DNA of 48,477 bases from Fibrobacteria bacterium (GTDB lineage Bacteria; Fibrobacterota; Fibrobacteria; UBA11236). Within the stretch, counting starts at the first letter, position 1, and every line of letters begins with the position of its first letter. Positions 1 through 9,921 of the stretch are shown piece after piece. The stretch covers positions 1 to 48,477 of the forward strand of contig JAYTHY010000138.1 in NCBI GenBank assembly GCA_043732185.1. The letters run 5' to 3'. A program made the translations under genes and the position numbers. Below the pieces are notes generated by a model. The model had not been told where the DNA came from and did not search any database. It saw only the letters and a list, made by a program, of their open reading frames with translations.

Positions 1-132
1 CGATTGCTATCCGATTATGGTATTTCTGTCTCATTATGTCCGTTCCTTCGCCCCGTTTTAGTGGAGGTTAAGCGGACATTTTGACCTGACCCAAGGGGGA
101 CGGAGACAAAAAGAAATTCAAAGAAAGTGAAA

Positions 133-675
133 ATGAAAAGATTTTTGTGGTTTATAATTTTTCTGGTTTCAAGCACATTTTCTCAGACCGATTATACAAC
201 TATGCTTGACCTTAATCTTGGAAAATTTGGGGTAGATCGTTTCACCTTAGTTGAAATTCCAATGATAAATACAGGCGTGGTATTTCAAAGGCTACCATAC
301 ACGCAGTCGTGCCCGTCATTTCATCTTGGAGAATTCGAATTAAAGAATGTTAATCCAGTATCTGCACGTTTCGCTACCATTCAATATATCCGGGGATTTT
401 GTACATCGGTCGATTCAATTTCAATCAATCCTGAAGCGATTTATGAAATAAATACTTCAAGGGGAGAGACATATTACATGCAACTCATTGAGCTAATACA
501 AGATAAAGTTAAAATTCGAATTACCAGCGATAAACCAGTTGTTAAAGTACTACATCAAAAAGGGGAGTCATCAAATCTACTGGAATCTCAAAAGTATCTG
601 GCCGACGGAAAAATAATTGAGTTAGATGCCCACCATTTCTTAAAAATGCCACTCTTCTTAAGACTTAAGAAATAA
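133..675 (+). CDS. Secreted hypothetical protein with short C-terminal tail motif (YLADGK)
   Basis: Signal-peptide-like N-terminus MKRFLWFIIFLVSSTFS; ATG at 133 (alternative GTG at 127); C-terminal PVV...YLADGK tail shared with other secreted proteins in the window. Confidence 0.75.
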   Translation: MKRFLWFIIFLVSSTFSQTDYTTMLDLNLGKFGVDRFTLVEIPMINTGVVFQRLPYTQSCPSFHLGEFELKNVNPVSARFATIQYIRGFCTSVDSISINPEAIYEINTSRGETYYMQLIELIQDKVKIRITSDKPVVKVLHQKGESSNLLESQKYLADGKIIELDAHHFLKMPLFLRLKK

Positions 676-754
676 GTAGAGGCCATCTCAAAAATATATT
701 TTGATTCAAATTATTATTCTGGCCAGATGAACGAACCCTCTGTAACTCAAGGAT

Positions 755-1495
755 TTATAATTCTGATTGCCTTGGTTCATAATTTGCCGCAAACTCCGCT
801 AGGTTCATCGACAAATCCAGCCTCTCCAGAGCGTTTTGGAATACTGTGCCGATGCCGGATCCGGGATTTCGGAATGGTTCCACCTGCGCTGCGGTCAAGC
901 TTTGCATAGGTCCCAAGGCACGGACCTTGGTATAGGTGCTGAAATCAATGGTGTTAAGATAAATGTGAATGGGGTGGAAATTCACAATGCAAAGCCCTTG
1001 ACTCTGGATTTCCGCAAGCCGAAAACTACCGGTGCCGCCAGCCATAAGGTGCAAGTCGTCCTCCCATAGGAAGGGGTAGCGCCGAATCGTCCTTCCCGTT
1101 CCCAGAGGGAGGTCAAACGCGGAAAGACTTTTTTGCCCGGGGAGATACAGCGAGGTATCATAGCGGATGCGGGTAGCTTGAGCGAGGAAATCCCGCAGTA
1201 GGGATGTGGACTGATATAGGTCGTGGGTTCGCATGCTGACGGCCCCCGGTGCGAAACCCTCCAAATAATCGGCTACGGATTTTGGATCCGGGCCCTGGGT
1301 GCTCGTGGAAAGAAAATTGGGGTGCCAACCCAGCTCAATTCCAGACGTTCGCTGCCATGATTCCAATGCCGGGGAAGGATGGGTGACAAACAATGTGGCG
1401 TGAACATTATTTGCAGCTAAGCTTTCTCGAACTTGATCCAGTATGAAATCTGGAGCCCAGTCACAATCCAGGGTTAAGATAAAGGTGCGCTTCAT
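755..1495 (-). CDS. WbmS-like polysaccharide deacetylase/deformylase
   Basis: LTLDCDWAPDFILD, ATLFVTH, ELGWHPNF, RTH, FLWEDD and NFHPIHIYLN motifs of the NodB-like WbmS group; ATGA overlap with the upstream formyltransferase. Confidence 0.75.
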   Translation of the reverse strand: MKRTFILTLDCDWAPDFILDQVRESLAANNVHATLFVTHPSPALESWQRTSGIELGWHPNFLSTSTQGPDPKSVADYLEGFAPGAVSMRTHDLYQSTSLLRDFLAQATRIRYDTSLYLPGQKSLSAFDLPLGTGRTIRRYPFLWEDDLHLMAGGTGSFRLAEIQSQGLCIVNFHPIHIYLNTIDFSTYTKVRALGPMQSLTAAQVEPFRNPGSGIGTVFQNALERLDLSMNLAEFAANYEPRQSEL

Positions 1496-2445
1496 CCTAA
1501 CCTTGCCCCGTATTTGAGGACTTCTCCCGCAGGTTTCGTTGCTTCACCTTCAAGCTGTACGTCTTGCAAAATAATAGCGCCCTGTCCACAAGTGACTATA
1601 GCTTCATGGCCACGGATTTCCACCGTCAGACCAGGAATTCCAAAGTATTGCCCGCTGCATCTGGATGACTTCCAAAGGTAAATCTTTCGACCTTCCCAAT
1701 ACGTAAAGGCGCCGGGGTAGGGATGGGTTTGGGCCCGAATGGCATTATGGATGGAAGTGGCGGGTTGGGTCCAATCGATATGTCCATCCTCCGGTTTCCG
1801 CTGAGAGCAAATGCTCGCCTGGGAGTGGTCTTGAATCCTCCTGGGTGCTTGGCCGGCAAGCAGTAGGGGAAGAGTTTCTGCGAGACCTGACATTGATTGG
1901 GTTTCGGCAAGCTGCAAGGCTTCAGCAATGGTCGTATCAGGGCCGAGTGGAAATTTTTTTTGGAAAAGAATATCACCAGTATCCAATCCAACCTCAAAAT
2001 AAAACAGTGAAATCCCAGCTTCTGTTTCGCCATTGAGTAAGGACCATACCAATGGGGCAAAGCCGCGATAACGGGGCAGCAAAGAGGCGTGAAGACCCAC
2101 AAAGCCACCGGGAACCCTGTTGAGGATTTCCTCCGGAATCTTCCAATACCAGCCGCAGACGAGGACCAAGTCTGGACGAAAAGCGTCGAGTAAGGAGCCC
2201 AAGTTTGTAGGTTTGGGTAACACATGCAGGCTTAATCCATGATCCTGGCAATAGGTGCGAAAGTCGGGAAGGCATCCCCGTTCATCAGGAGAATCATCTA
2301 GAGTTGCGACACTTACTAGGACAGTTGAGGCTAGACGGACGGTTTCGGTAAGAAGAGTTAGCCCTAACTTTTTGCTGCCCAGAAAAAGTAGGCGCAATAC
2401 CGGATGCATGGGGGTTTTATCGACTTCAGGTGAAAGCTGCGGCAT
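1492..2445 (-). CDS. Formyltransferase (Fmt/ArnA-like), probably a nucleotide-sugar N-formyltransferase
   Basis: HASLLPRYRGFAP, GLDTGDI, DGHIDW and IRAQTHPYPGAFT motifs; polysaccharide-locus context. Confidence 0.88.
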   Translation of the reverse strand: MPQLSPEVDKTPMHPVLRLLFLGSKKLGLTLLTETVRLASTVLVSVATLDDSPDERGCLPDFRTYCQDHGLSLHVLPKPTNLGSLLDAFRPDLVLVCGWYWKIPEEILNRVPGGFVGLHASLLPRYRGFAPLVWSLLNGETEAGISLFYFEVGLDTGDILFQKKFPLGPDTTIAEALQLAETQSMSGLAETLPLLLAGQAPRRIQDHSQASICSQRKPEDGHIDWTQPATSIHNAIRAQTHPYPGAFTYWEGRKIYLWKSSRCSGQYFGIPGLTVEIRGHEAIVTCGQGAIILQDVQLEGEATKPAGEVLKYGARLG

Positions 2446-2523
2446 GGTTCCTTTACCGGTTCAGTTTGGCTGACATAATTAATATAGGATGGTTGGGTCT
2501 GACTTAGTAAATTGGAAAGAACC

Positions 2524-3489
2524 ATGTCCAAAGACCTATGTATTGTTCCATATCGGCCTGAGCTTGCCGAGTTATGGGATACTTTTGTGGAAAACTCCAA
2601 TAACGGTACTCTTTTTCACCGACAAGGCTTTCTTCGTTACCATGGAGAAGCGATGGCTCCTGCTTTTCAACATTTGCTCTTTTACCAAGGAGAGGAGTTG
2701 GTGGCGCTTTTGCCTGCGGGCCTATCAGAAGGCTCACTACATTCCCCAACAGGTTCCAGCTATGGTGGATTCGTGACGGCTGGCAACAACCATGCCGTTT
2801 ATGTGGCATTAGTCGACGCGCTTTTGGGGTTTGCCCTGGAACAGTCCTTGTCCAGCATAAAGATTACACCGGCACCCTTTCCTTATCAAAGCATCCCGGA
2901 TGCGGGGCTTGAGTTTGCCCTCCTGAGAAAGAGTTTTACTCTAACCAACCGCGATCTTTGCCAAATTATTGATATACGCGCCCTGGCTGGGCAAGACCCG
3001 TTATCCACCTATTCGTATGCTAGCAGCAAACAAGTCCGTAAAGCGATGCGATCAGAAATCAAGGTTAAGACCAGTCCCGATCTCGGTGCATTTCATGCCA
3101 TCTTGACTGCAAACCGTGGCAGGCATAATGCTGTTCCGACCCATTCCCTGACTCAACTGGAGAGGCTCTCCAGACTTGTTCCCGATGCCTTCCATCTTTT
3201 TGGGGCCTATCAGGAGGAAGAACTTATTGCCGGCATGCTGTGCTTTGCTGCAAATCCGAAAGTGTTGCTCAATTTTTATTCCTGCCATAGGGAAGAGTTT
3301 TCCGGCACCGGATCGGCCAACCTGCTTATCCACCATGGTATTGATTGGGCCCGACAACGAGGATTCCATTACTATGATTTCGGAACATCCAGCATTCGCA
3401 TGCAACCCAATGACGGCTTGATCCGTTTTAAAGAATCTTTCGGAGGCGGTAGCATCATGCGGGACACGTATTTATGGGAGGCTAAGTGA
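2524..3489 (+). CDS. FemAB-like / GNAT-fold acyltransferase
   Basis: WDTFVENSNNGTLFH, SSYGG, YDFGTSS and GLIRFKESFGG motifs; ATG at 2524 after GGAAAG. Confidence 0.85.
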   Translation: MSKDLCIVPYRPELAELWDTFVENSNNGTLFHRQGFLRYHGEAMAPAFQHLLFYQGEELVALLPAGLSEGSLHSPTGSSYGGFVTAGNNHAVYVALVDALLGFALEQSLSSIKITPAPFPYQSIPDAGLEFALLRKSFTLTNRDLCQIIDIRALAGQDPLSTYSYASSKQVRKAMRSEIKVKTSPDLGAFHAILTANRGRHNAVPTHSLTQLERLSRLVPDAFHLFGAYQEEELIAGMLCFAANPKVLLNFYSCHREEFSGTGSANLLIHHGIDWARQRGFHYYDFGTSSIRMQPNDGLIRFKESFGGGSIMRDTYLWEAK

Positions 3490-5060
3490 AGTCGATTTCC
3501 AAACCTAAGGTAGTTGCGCATATCGGTTTGATTGGTCTTGGCTATTGGGGGAAAAATCTGTTCCGAAATCTAAAGGAAATGGGCGTTCTCCATACGGCAT
3601 GCGATACGGACCCGACATTACTTTTGGAATGGAAGCGCAAGGAATCGAAATCGCGCTTTACTCCGGATCCGAAAATCCTATTTGCCGATAAGGTTATCGA
3701 TGCGATCATGATTGCGGCCCCGGCCAGTCAGCATTATTCACTGGCGAAACAGGCACTGCTTGCAGGCAAGGATGTATTTGTGGAAAAGCCCATGACACTG
3801 ACCCTTGCAGAAGGCGAGGAGCTCGTGGCCTTGGCTGCCAAGGGTAAGCGTATCCTTATGGTGGGCCATATTCTCCAATACCATCCGGCTGTGGTGAAGC
3901 TAAAGGAGCTGATAGCCGCGGGAGAATTGGGGAAAATCGAATACATCTATTCCAACCGGCTCAATCTCGGAATGCTGCGAACGCAGGAGAATATCTGGTG
4001 GAGTTTCGCTCCACATGATATTTCCGTCATCCTGTCCATCCTAGGCGAGGTTCCCACACAAATCCATGCGTTTGGGGGCGACATCATTCGCAAGGGCATT
4101 TACGACACCACTTTGGTCGACCTTGAATTTCCAGGAGGGGTCAAGTCGCATATTTTCGTGAGCTGGTTGCATCCTTTCAAAGAGCAGAAGCTTGTGGTGG
4201 TCGGCTCCCGTGGCATGGCAGTGTTCGACGACGATACTAAGGAAAAGCTTTTCCTCTATCCGCACCAGATCGAATGGCGCGAAGGTAAGATTCCCTATGC
4301 CCAAAAGGCGGAATATCGCGTGGTGCCCGTTGATATGCGCGAGCCGCTGCGTCTTGAGATTGAGCATTATCTCGAATGCGTGAGTCGCCGCATCAAGCCA
4401 AAAACCGATGGCGAAGAAGGTTTGCGCGTGACCTCAGTATTGGTGCGTGCCCAGGATTTTCTCCTCCGCAAAGGGGATGGTGGTTTGCCTAAAGCGGAAA
4501 ACCGGATTCATCCCACAGCTGTTATCGATGACGCGGTTTCTATCGGCACGGGAACCCGTATTTGGCACTTCACCCATGTGCTGAAGGAAACGGTGATTGG
4601 AGAAAATTGTGTACTTGGACAGAATGTTATGGCCGGCCCCAATGTGAAAATCGGAAACAGGGTTAAAATTCAGAACAATGTTAGCGTTTACGAAGGTGTT
4701 GAAATCGAGGATGATGTTTTCTGTGGTCCATCGGTGGTTTTCACCAATGTCATTAACCCCCGCGCTTTTGTGGAGCGAAAAAATGAGTTCAAGAAAACGC
4801 GCATTTGCAAAGGAGCATCCTTGGGGGCAAATGCCACGCTCCTCTGTGGAGTGACTGTAGGCGCGTATGCGTTGGTTGGTGCCGGTGCGGTGGTGACTAA
4901 GGATGTGCCTGCGCATGCACTGGTGACAGGTGTTCCGGCTCGAGTGAAGGGATGGGTGTGCACGTGTGGGACAACTTTAAAGTTCACGTCAACCAAATCT
5001 AAAATGGTCTGTAGTGATTGCGGGCTGGTTTTTTCCTTTAATAAGGGCCGACTGATCTAA
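3486..5060 (+). CDS. Fused Gfo/Idh/MocA dehydrogenase + hexapeptide N-acetyltransferase (WlbA/WbpB + WlbB/WbpD type)
   Basis: GLGYWG, VFVEKP and FAPHD in the N-terminal part; IHPTAVID, IWHFTH, KIQNNVSVYEGV, VFTNVINPR and GWVCTCG in the C-terminal part. Confidence 0.92.
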   Translation: MKSISKPKVVAHIGLIGLGYWGKNLFRNLKEMGVLHTACDTDPTLLLEWKRKESKSRFTPDPKILFADKVIDAIMIAAPASQHYSLAKQALLAGKDVFVEKPMTLTLAEGEELVALAAKGKRILMVGHILQYHPAVVKLKELIAAGELGKIEYIYSNRLNLGMLRTQENIWWSFAPHDISVILSILGEVPTQIHAFGGDIIRKGIYDTTLVDLEFPGGVKSHIFVSWLHPFKEQKLVVVGSRGMAVFDDDTKEKLFLYPHQIEWREGKIPYAQKAEYRVVPVDMREPLRLEIEHYLECVSRRIKPKTDGEEGLRVTSVLVRAQDFLLRKGDGGLPKAENRIHPTAVIDDAVSIGTGTRIWHFTHVLKETVIGENCVLGQNVMAGPNVKIGNRVKIQNNVSVYEGVEIEDDVFCGPSVVFTNVINPRAFVERKNEFKKTRICKGASLGANATLLCGVTVGAYALVGAGAVVTKDVPAHALVTGVPARVKGWVCTCGTTLKFTSTKSKMVCSDCGLVFSFNKGRLI

Positions 5061-5093
5061 ACTGGCGCTTATTAGAAGGAGCGGAAAAAGGAA

Positions 5094-6743
5094 ATGCAAG
5101 ACATGGATTGGGCTTTAGATGCTGAAGCTTTCAAGGAATGGATATTGGGTATCGATTCTGCTCCGGCTTGGAAGCGGATTGAGACATTAAGGGAAAAGGG
5201 CTTACTGCGTTTTTGGATTTCTGCCGTAACTGTTCCACCCTTACAGCTTTGGCTGCAACAGGTTTCTTCTAATTTGGACGCTGCTGCGAAAGCACCGTGT
5301 TTGGGAGTATGGGAGAAGGTGCGGATCTTTACCGTAGAAGCCCAATCCGTTTTGGAAGCGTTGGCGGGTGGAGATGGGATTCTCGAAGCGCGCATCGCCC
5401 TCGCGAACTTTAATCGAATTGCTCCAATGGGCATGTTTATAAGTCGTTTAACGGATTTGGCTGTGGGCTCGATTCAGGTGAGAACGCCGGAAGCGGCCAT
5501 TGAAAATCTGGAAAATGAAATGTTCGTCGGCCCTAATCGGATACCGATGCTGGATCTTCAAGCCGAGTACCGAAACCTATTGCCGGAAATCGACGCAACC
5601 CTTTTGCGGACGGCAGCGGACGCCCAATATATTTCTGGACCACTGGTTACACGCTTCGAACACGCGCTGGGCGCATACTTAGGCACCCAGCATGTCATCG
5701 GTGTGTCCTCAGGTACGGAATCCCTAGTGCTGGGTTTACGCGCTCTGGCCTTGACTCGATTCGGCAAGGAACGCTTTGACGCATCCGATAGGATAATCAC
5801 CACGCCCTTTACCTTCGTGGCCACCGGGGACGCGATCCTCCGCTCTGGGGCAACGCCGGTATTTGTGGACATCGATCCCGTCACTTTAAACCTGGATACC
5901 AATGCCGTCCGCCGTTATCTCGAGGACAGTAACGGCCAGGATGGATTCCGAAATGTGGGCATTGTTCCCGTGCACCTTTTTGGACAGTCCTGCCCGATGG
6001 AAGGTCTTTTGAACTTGGCATCCGATTATAATTTGTTTGTTTTCGAGGATGTCGCTCAGGCCATGGGGGCATCCTGGCAGGGGCGAATGCTGGGAACACT
6101 GGGAGACATCGGGTCCTTCAGCTTCTTTCCTTCCAAGAATCTTGGGAGTTTTGGAGATGCAGGTGCTGTAGTTACGGATAAGAGCGACCTGGCAGAAGCC
6201 GTGCGCTGGTTGGTCAAGCATGGTTCCAAGGAGAAAAACCGCTTTGACATTCTTGGGTACAATGCCAGGCTCGACAGCTTGCAGGCGGGAGTGTTATTGG
6301 CCAAGCTACCCCATTTGGATGAGAACAACCGGTTGCGGATGACCATTGCCAAACGCTATATTAATGCTTTTGAAAAAATACCAGGATTAGTGGTTCCAAT
6401 GTTAGAGGCTACGGATGGATCGCGATCCGTTTTCCATCAATTTACCATTCGAACTCAAAGACGAGGTGAGCTCCAAAAACATCTGGAGGCCAAGGGGATA
6501 TCCAGCATGCTTTATTATCCGAGTCCTTTGCACCGCATGCCGTTGTTTCAAGGTCGCCAAATTGTGGCGCCAGCAGTAGCAGCAGGGGCAGGATTTGAAG
6601 GGGAGTTGAAATCTGGAACACGCGTCGGATTGCCGCAAGCTGAAAAAGCGGCGAACGAAGTTTTAAGCCTACCCATGGGTCCGTCCATGAGCGATAAGGA
6701 TGTGGATGCAGTTATCGCAGCCGTGTGCGGGTATTTATGTTAG
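5094..6743 (+). CDS. DegT/DnrJ/EryC1/StrS aminotransferase (WlbC/WbpE type) with ~140-aa PIN-like N-terminal extension
   Basis: SSGTESL, TPFTFVAT, PVHLFGQ, EDVAQA, SFFPSKNLG (PLP lysine) and YNARLD motifs; GGAG-containing purine-rich leader before ATG. Confidence 0.92.
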   Translation: MQDMDWALDAEAFKEWILGIDSAPAWKRIETLREKGLLRFWISAVTVPPLQLWLQQVSSNLDAAAKAPCLGVWEKVRIFTVEAQSVLEALAGGDGILEARIALANFNRIAPMGMFISRLTDLAVGSIQVRTPEAAIENLENEMFVGPNRIPMLDLQAEYRNLLPEIDATLLRTAADAQYISGPLVTRFEHALGAYLGTQHVIGVSSGTESLVLGLRALALTRFGKERFDASDRIITTPFTFVATGDAILRSGATPVFVDIDPVTLNLDTNAVRRYLEDSNGQDGFRNVGIVPVHLFGQSCPMEGLLNLASDYNLFVFEDVAQAMGASWQGRMLGTLGDIGSFSFFPSKNLGSFGDAGAVVTDKSDLAEAVRWLVKHGSKEKNRFDILGYNARLDSLQAGVLLAKLPHLDENNRLRMTIAKRYINAFEKIPGLVVPMLEATDGSRSVFHQFTIRTQRRGELQKHLEAKGISSMLYYPSPLHRMPLFQGRQIVAPAVAAGAGFEGELKSGTRVGLPQAEKAANEVLSLPMGPSMSDKDVDAVIAAVCGYLC

Positions 6744-7759
6744 GGCAGGCTCAATCCGTTTTGATTCCGCATCCTGCGACTTTTCTCCGTTCGTCAAAAA
6801 CCAAGCTCCCAGCAGGATAATTTCTAAATCGATAATGGTTCTTTGGTATTCAATATATGCGAAAAGGGCATATACGAGGATTTGCCCCAAGACAAATAAG
6901 AGGAGCAGGCCAGCTGGTGAAAACAGGAAGGCTAAATGCAATCCCCGTTTTCTGAAAAAAAGGTAGGCTGATGGAATGGTTAACAGCCAAAAAAACATCA
7001 GGAAAACCGCATTCGAAATCTGTGGCCAGAACGGCATTTTGAAATCCCTAACATCAGGTTTTTTTAACGTTTTATAAATCAGCGATTTTACCTGCGAGGG
7101 TAACACTAAGGATACCATACGCTTTATGCATAGTCCTACATATTCAAATGGGTGCTGGAGAATATATTTTTTGGCCCGGCTTCGCAGATAATCAAATCGT
7201 TCAATTTCCGTTGGAAACTTTGGGAAGGCCTGAGTCCATTCCTCCTCGCTGCCAACTTCTCCACGTGTAAAAGCTTGGAAATACTCGTTTTCGTAAACAA
7301 GGCCCCAACCGGGTCGGGTGGTAAACACCAGCCTATCCGCAACTTGGTAGTTGCGATAGAGCCAAGCGCCCATCCAAATTGAAAATGAAAGGACAAGAAC
7401 TCAGGACGATTAAGGCTTTGCAATGCTGTAAGTGTGCCGAGCAGTACCAGTTTTGACCTGGATTTTCAAGTGACGAGTGACAATAAGGTGGGATAAACAG
7501 GTGTCCAAAACAGCGTTTTCTCACCGGCTCCGGCGGTTGCAAATACGGAATTGGAAACAAATAGACCGCCTTTATTGGCCAAGTTGGTGGCTAAATCCCA
7601 ATATATGATCTCGTCCATACGAAAATAATTCCACTGTGGCATGGGGCTGGCCAAGTAGATAAAATGAAGCAAAAAGGAAATTCCAACCAGAAATAAAAGT
7701 CGAGCTTTGGTCGAGTGGAAAATCGTGACAGATTGGAATTTAGCCGAAACCGACGCTTT
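6735..7759 (-). pseudogene. Disrupted GT-C/ArnT-like membrane glycosyltransferase
   Basis: Pieces in order: TM1 + DEIIYWDLA + PVYP, in-frame TGA at 7466-7468, LLGTLTALQSLNRPEF, frameshift near 7395-7400, then WMGAWLYRNY and C-terminal TM helices. Confidence 0.65.
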
Positions 7760-7829
7760 TTACCACACGGATCACCCAGCTGCTATTTCTGGCACGACAA
7801 TTGATTATTTGCCTACTTGAGGTACCGAT

Positions 7830-9860
7830 ATGCAGAAAACTGCCCCATTATCCTGGCGCAACCTAGCTGCGAGAATGTTTTTGACCATTGGTGCGGTCAA
7901 AATCTGCTTGTGGTGTCAAACTTCAACTTGGCAGGATTTGCGATTGCCGAGCAATGGCACTGTCACTGCCTTGGAGCATTCTGGAAACAGCCTTTTCGTT
8001 GGCATGAGTTCTGGCCGTATCTTCAGGTCGTCCGACGATGGCATTACTTGGCAAATGGTCAATGGAGTGGGATCCGCTCCGATTCGTAAATTTTTATTCC
8101 ACGATTCCGTATACCTCGCTGCTTCAGGAACCATGTTAGGCAGGCCTTATAAGTTCGAAGGTTGCCCGCTCGGCCCCACTCTATGTAGTGATCCTGCTTC
8201 CTATGGTGGATTATACCGCTCCATCGACTCAGGAAAATCATGGATCAACAGAGGGCCTACTGGCATTACTGCGTTGACTTCAAACGGCAACAATTTATTT
8301 GCTGCCGGTAGGGAGTTTTACCTCTCTTTGAATTATGGCCAAAATTGGAATCCTCTTAAAATATCTCATGGGAAAGTGGGTTCGATTTCAATTGATGAAA
8401 TTCCTGTTAACACATTGGAGATGTCTTGGTTGGGCGGCAAGTTGTACGTGTCCACAAAGATGGGATTATTTCAAGGAACCCTTCAAGGCGATAGCCTTCA
8501 TTTTGTTACTTCCCTTGAGCCCGCCTTGAGTATGGTTACAATGCCACCATTTATATTCGCTTCCACTCAAGGAAAGGTACAACGGAGCACAGATGGCATT
8601 CACTGGGATATACTCACTACACAAGAATTTCAATTCCTCTACGCATCGGGACGGAAGTTATTCGGAATAACAGGAGGGACAAGAGGGGCTCTGGAAAGCG
8701 ATGATTCCGGAAAAACTTGGAGGGCTTATTCAACACCAATTCGAAATGCGACTTCCTTCTGCGTCAATGGGCAAAGCCTCTTCGAGGGCAATGAAGGGTA
8801 TGCGGTAACAGTTTTACGAAACCGTACAGGAACCTGGGTAGCCGGCGGCCCAGGGTTATACGATTTTGGAGTTACGGGATGTATACTGAGAAAGGGCGCG
8901 CCAATAGTTTCGAATTGGACAGGTATACTCCAAGGAAGTGATGCTAAAGCTCCGATTTGGACAGACGCTGGTGGAAATGGCAATGTGCATGTTAGTGGCA
9001 GGTTGGCTTATGTTGATGGGGAGGTCTATTGTTTAGGCAATCAATACCTTTGGATTTTACGTGCGGGTAAACCAGAAATCTGGGATTCTTTGGGGAATTG
9101 TATAAATTGCCAGGGTTGGATAGTTGGAAGTGGATTTCAAATTGCATTCAAATCCGACAATTCAATTCTGCTGTGCCAGGTAAGCGATTCCTGCGTTACC
9201 CTCCCAAGAAATGATTTTCCCCTTCCCCAGATAAAGTTACCCGGCCATCCAGAATTTGGTTTCTCGAATATGTATAGAAGCGGAGCAACCCATGGCGACA
9301 CTTTAATTGTGGCTTTAGATAGTTTATATAGATCTACCAATAGGGGCCATACCTGGACAAAATTGGGTCCGTTACCCGGCATCACCATCAGGCTTGCTTA
9401 TGGTTCGGGAGCCTGGCACATGTTAGCCCTAAAGCGCGGCAACCTCGATAATTTTACCAGTCTTTTTACTTCGCAAGATGGTGGCCAATCCTGGCTTCAA
9501 GATCATCCTGAAGGAATTTACCCGACTGTGAATGCAATGTGTTTCCGAGATGGAGAAACGTACCTAGGCACTACAGAGGGAGTTTACTTGTTCCGTAACG
9601 GTGCAAATGCATGGCTGAAGCTGGGTACCGGGCCATCTGAATTCAATGTGACTTCACTGGCTGTGGAAGACAATCAGCTACTGGCAGGCTTGGCTTCCGG
9701 TCAGGTATATGGGTGGCAATTAGCGCCCGTTAGTATTAGGAATTCAGGACGTGGTGACGTAATCAAAACACGGAAAAAAGCAGAACCTTGGCCAAGCCTG
9801 GTTGAATCCAGAGCCGGTTGGCACAGTTTGGACGGCCGCAAAGTGAAGCTGCATCGGTAA
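7830..9860 (+). CDS. Secreted BNR/Asp-box beta-propeller protein
   Basis: Seven SxDxGxxW-type repeats (SDDGITW, SIDSGKSW, SLNYGQNW, STDGIHW, SDDSGKTW, STNRGHTW, SQDGGQSW); C-terminal PVSI...SLDGRK tail. Confidence 0.85.
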   Translation: MQKTAPLSWRNLAARMFLTIGAVKICLWCQTSTWQDLRLPSNGTVTALEHSGNSLFVGMSSGRIFRSSDDGITWQMVNGVGSAPIRKFLFHDSVYLAASGTMLGRPYKFEGCPLGPTLCSDPASYGGLYRSIDSGKSWINRGPTGITALTSNGNNLFAAGREFYLSLNYGQNWNPLKISHGKVGSISIDEIPVNTLEMSWLGGKLYVSTKMGLFQGTLQGDSLHFVTSLEPALSMVTMPPFIFASTQGKVQRSTDGIHWDILTTQEFQFLYASGRKLFGITGGTRGALESDDSGKTWRAYSTPIRNATSFCVNGQSLFEGNEGYAVTVLRNRTGTWVAGGPGLYDFGVTGCILRKGAPIVSNWTGILQGSDAKAPIWTDAGGNGNVHVSGRLAYVDGEVYCLGNQYLWILRAGKPEIWDSLGNCINCQGWIVGSGFQIAFKSDNSILLCQVSDSCVTLPRNDFPLPQIKLPGHPEFGFSNMYRSGATHGDTLIVALDSLYRSTNRGHTWTKLGPLPGITIRLAYGSGAWHMLALKRGNLDNFTSLFTSQDGGQSWLQDHPEGIYPTVNAMCFRDGETYLGTTEGVYLFRNGANAWLKLGTGPSEFNVTSLAVEDNQLLAGLASGQVYGWQLAPVSIRNSGRGDVIKTRKKAEPWPSLVESRAGWHSLDGRKVKLHR

Positions 9861-9921
9861 CCAGCTTAACTATCCTTATTGTGCTGGCAGTAATTAATTC
9901 ATAACTGGGAAAGAACGAAAC

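Noticed and set aside
67..73. Integron attC site (GTTAAGC core; GCTTAAC also at 9864-9870)
   Set aside because: No matching inverse core at suitable spacing, no repeated attC sites and no integrase
1492..2445. Housekeeping methionyl-tRNA formyltransferase (fmt)
   Set aside because: Lacks the GTPxFA and QPD motifs and has no def neighbour; polysaccharide context favours a sugar formyltransferase
7466..7468. Selenocysteine at the in-frame TGA
   Set aside because: Membrane glycosyltransferase context with no redox motif, no evident SECIS, and a frameshift close by
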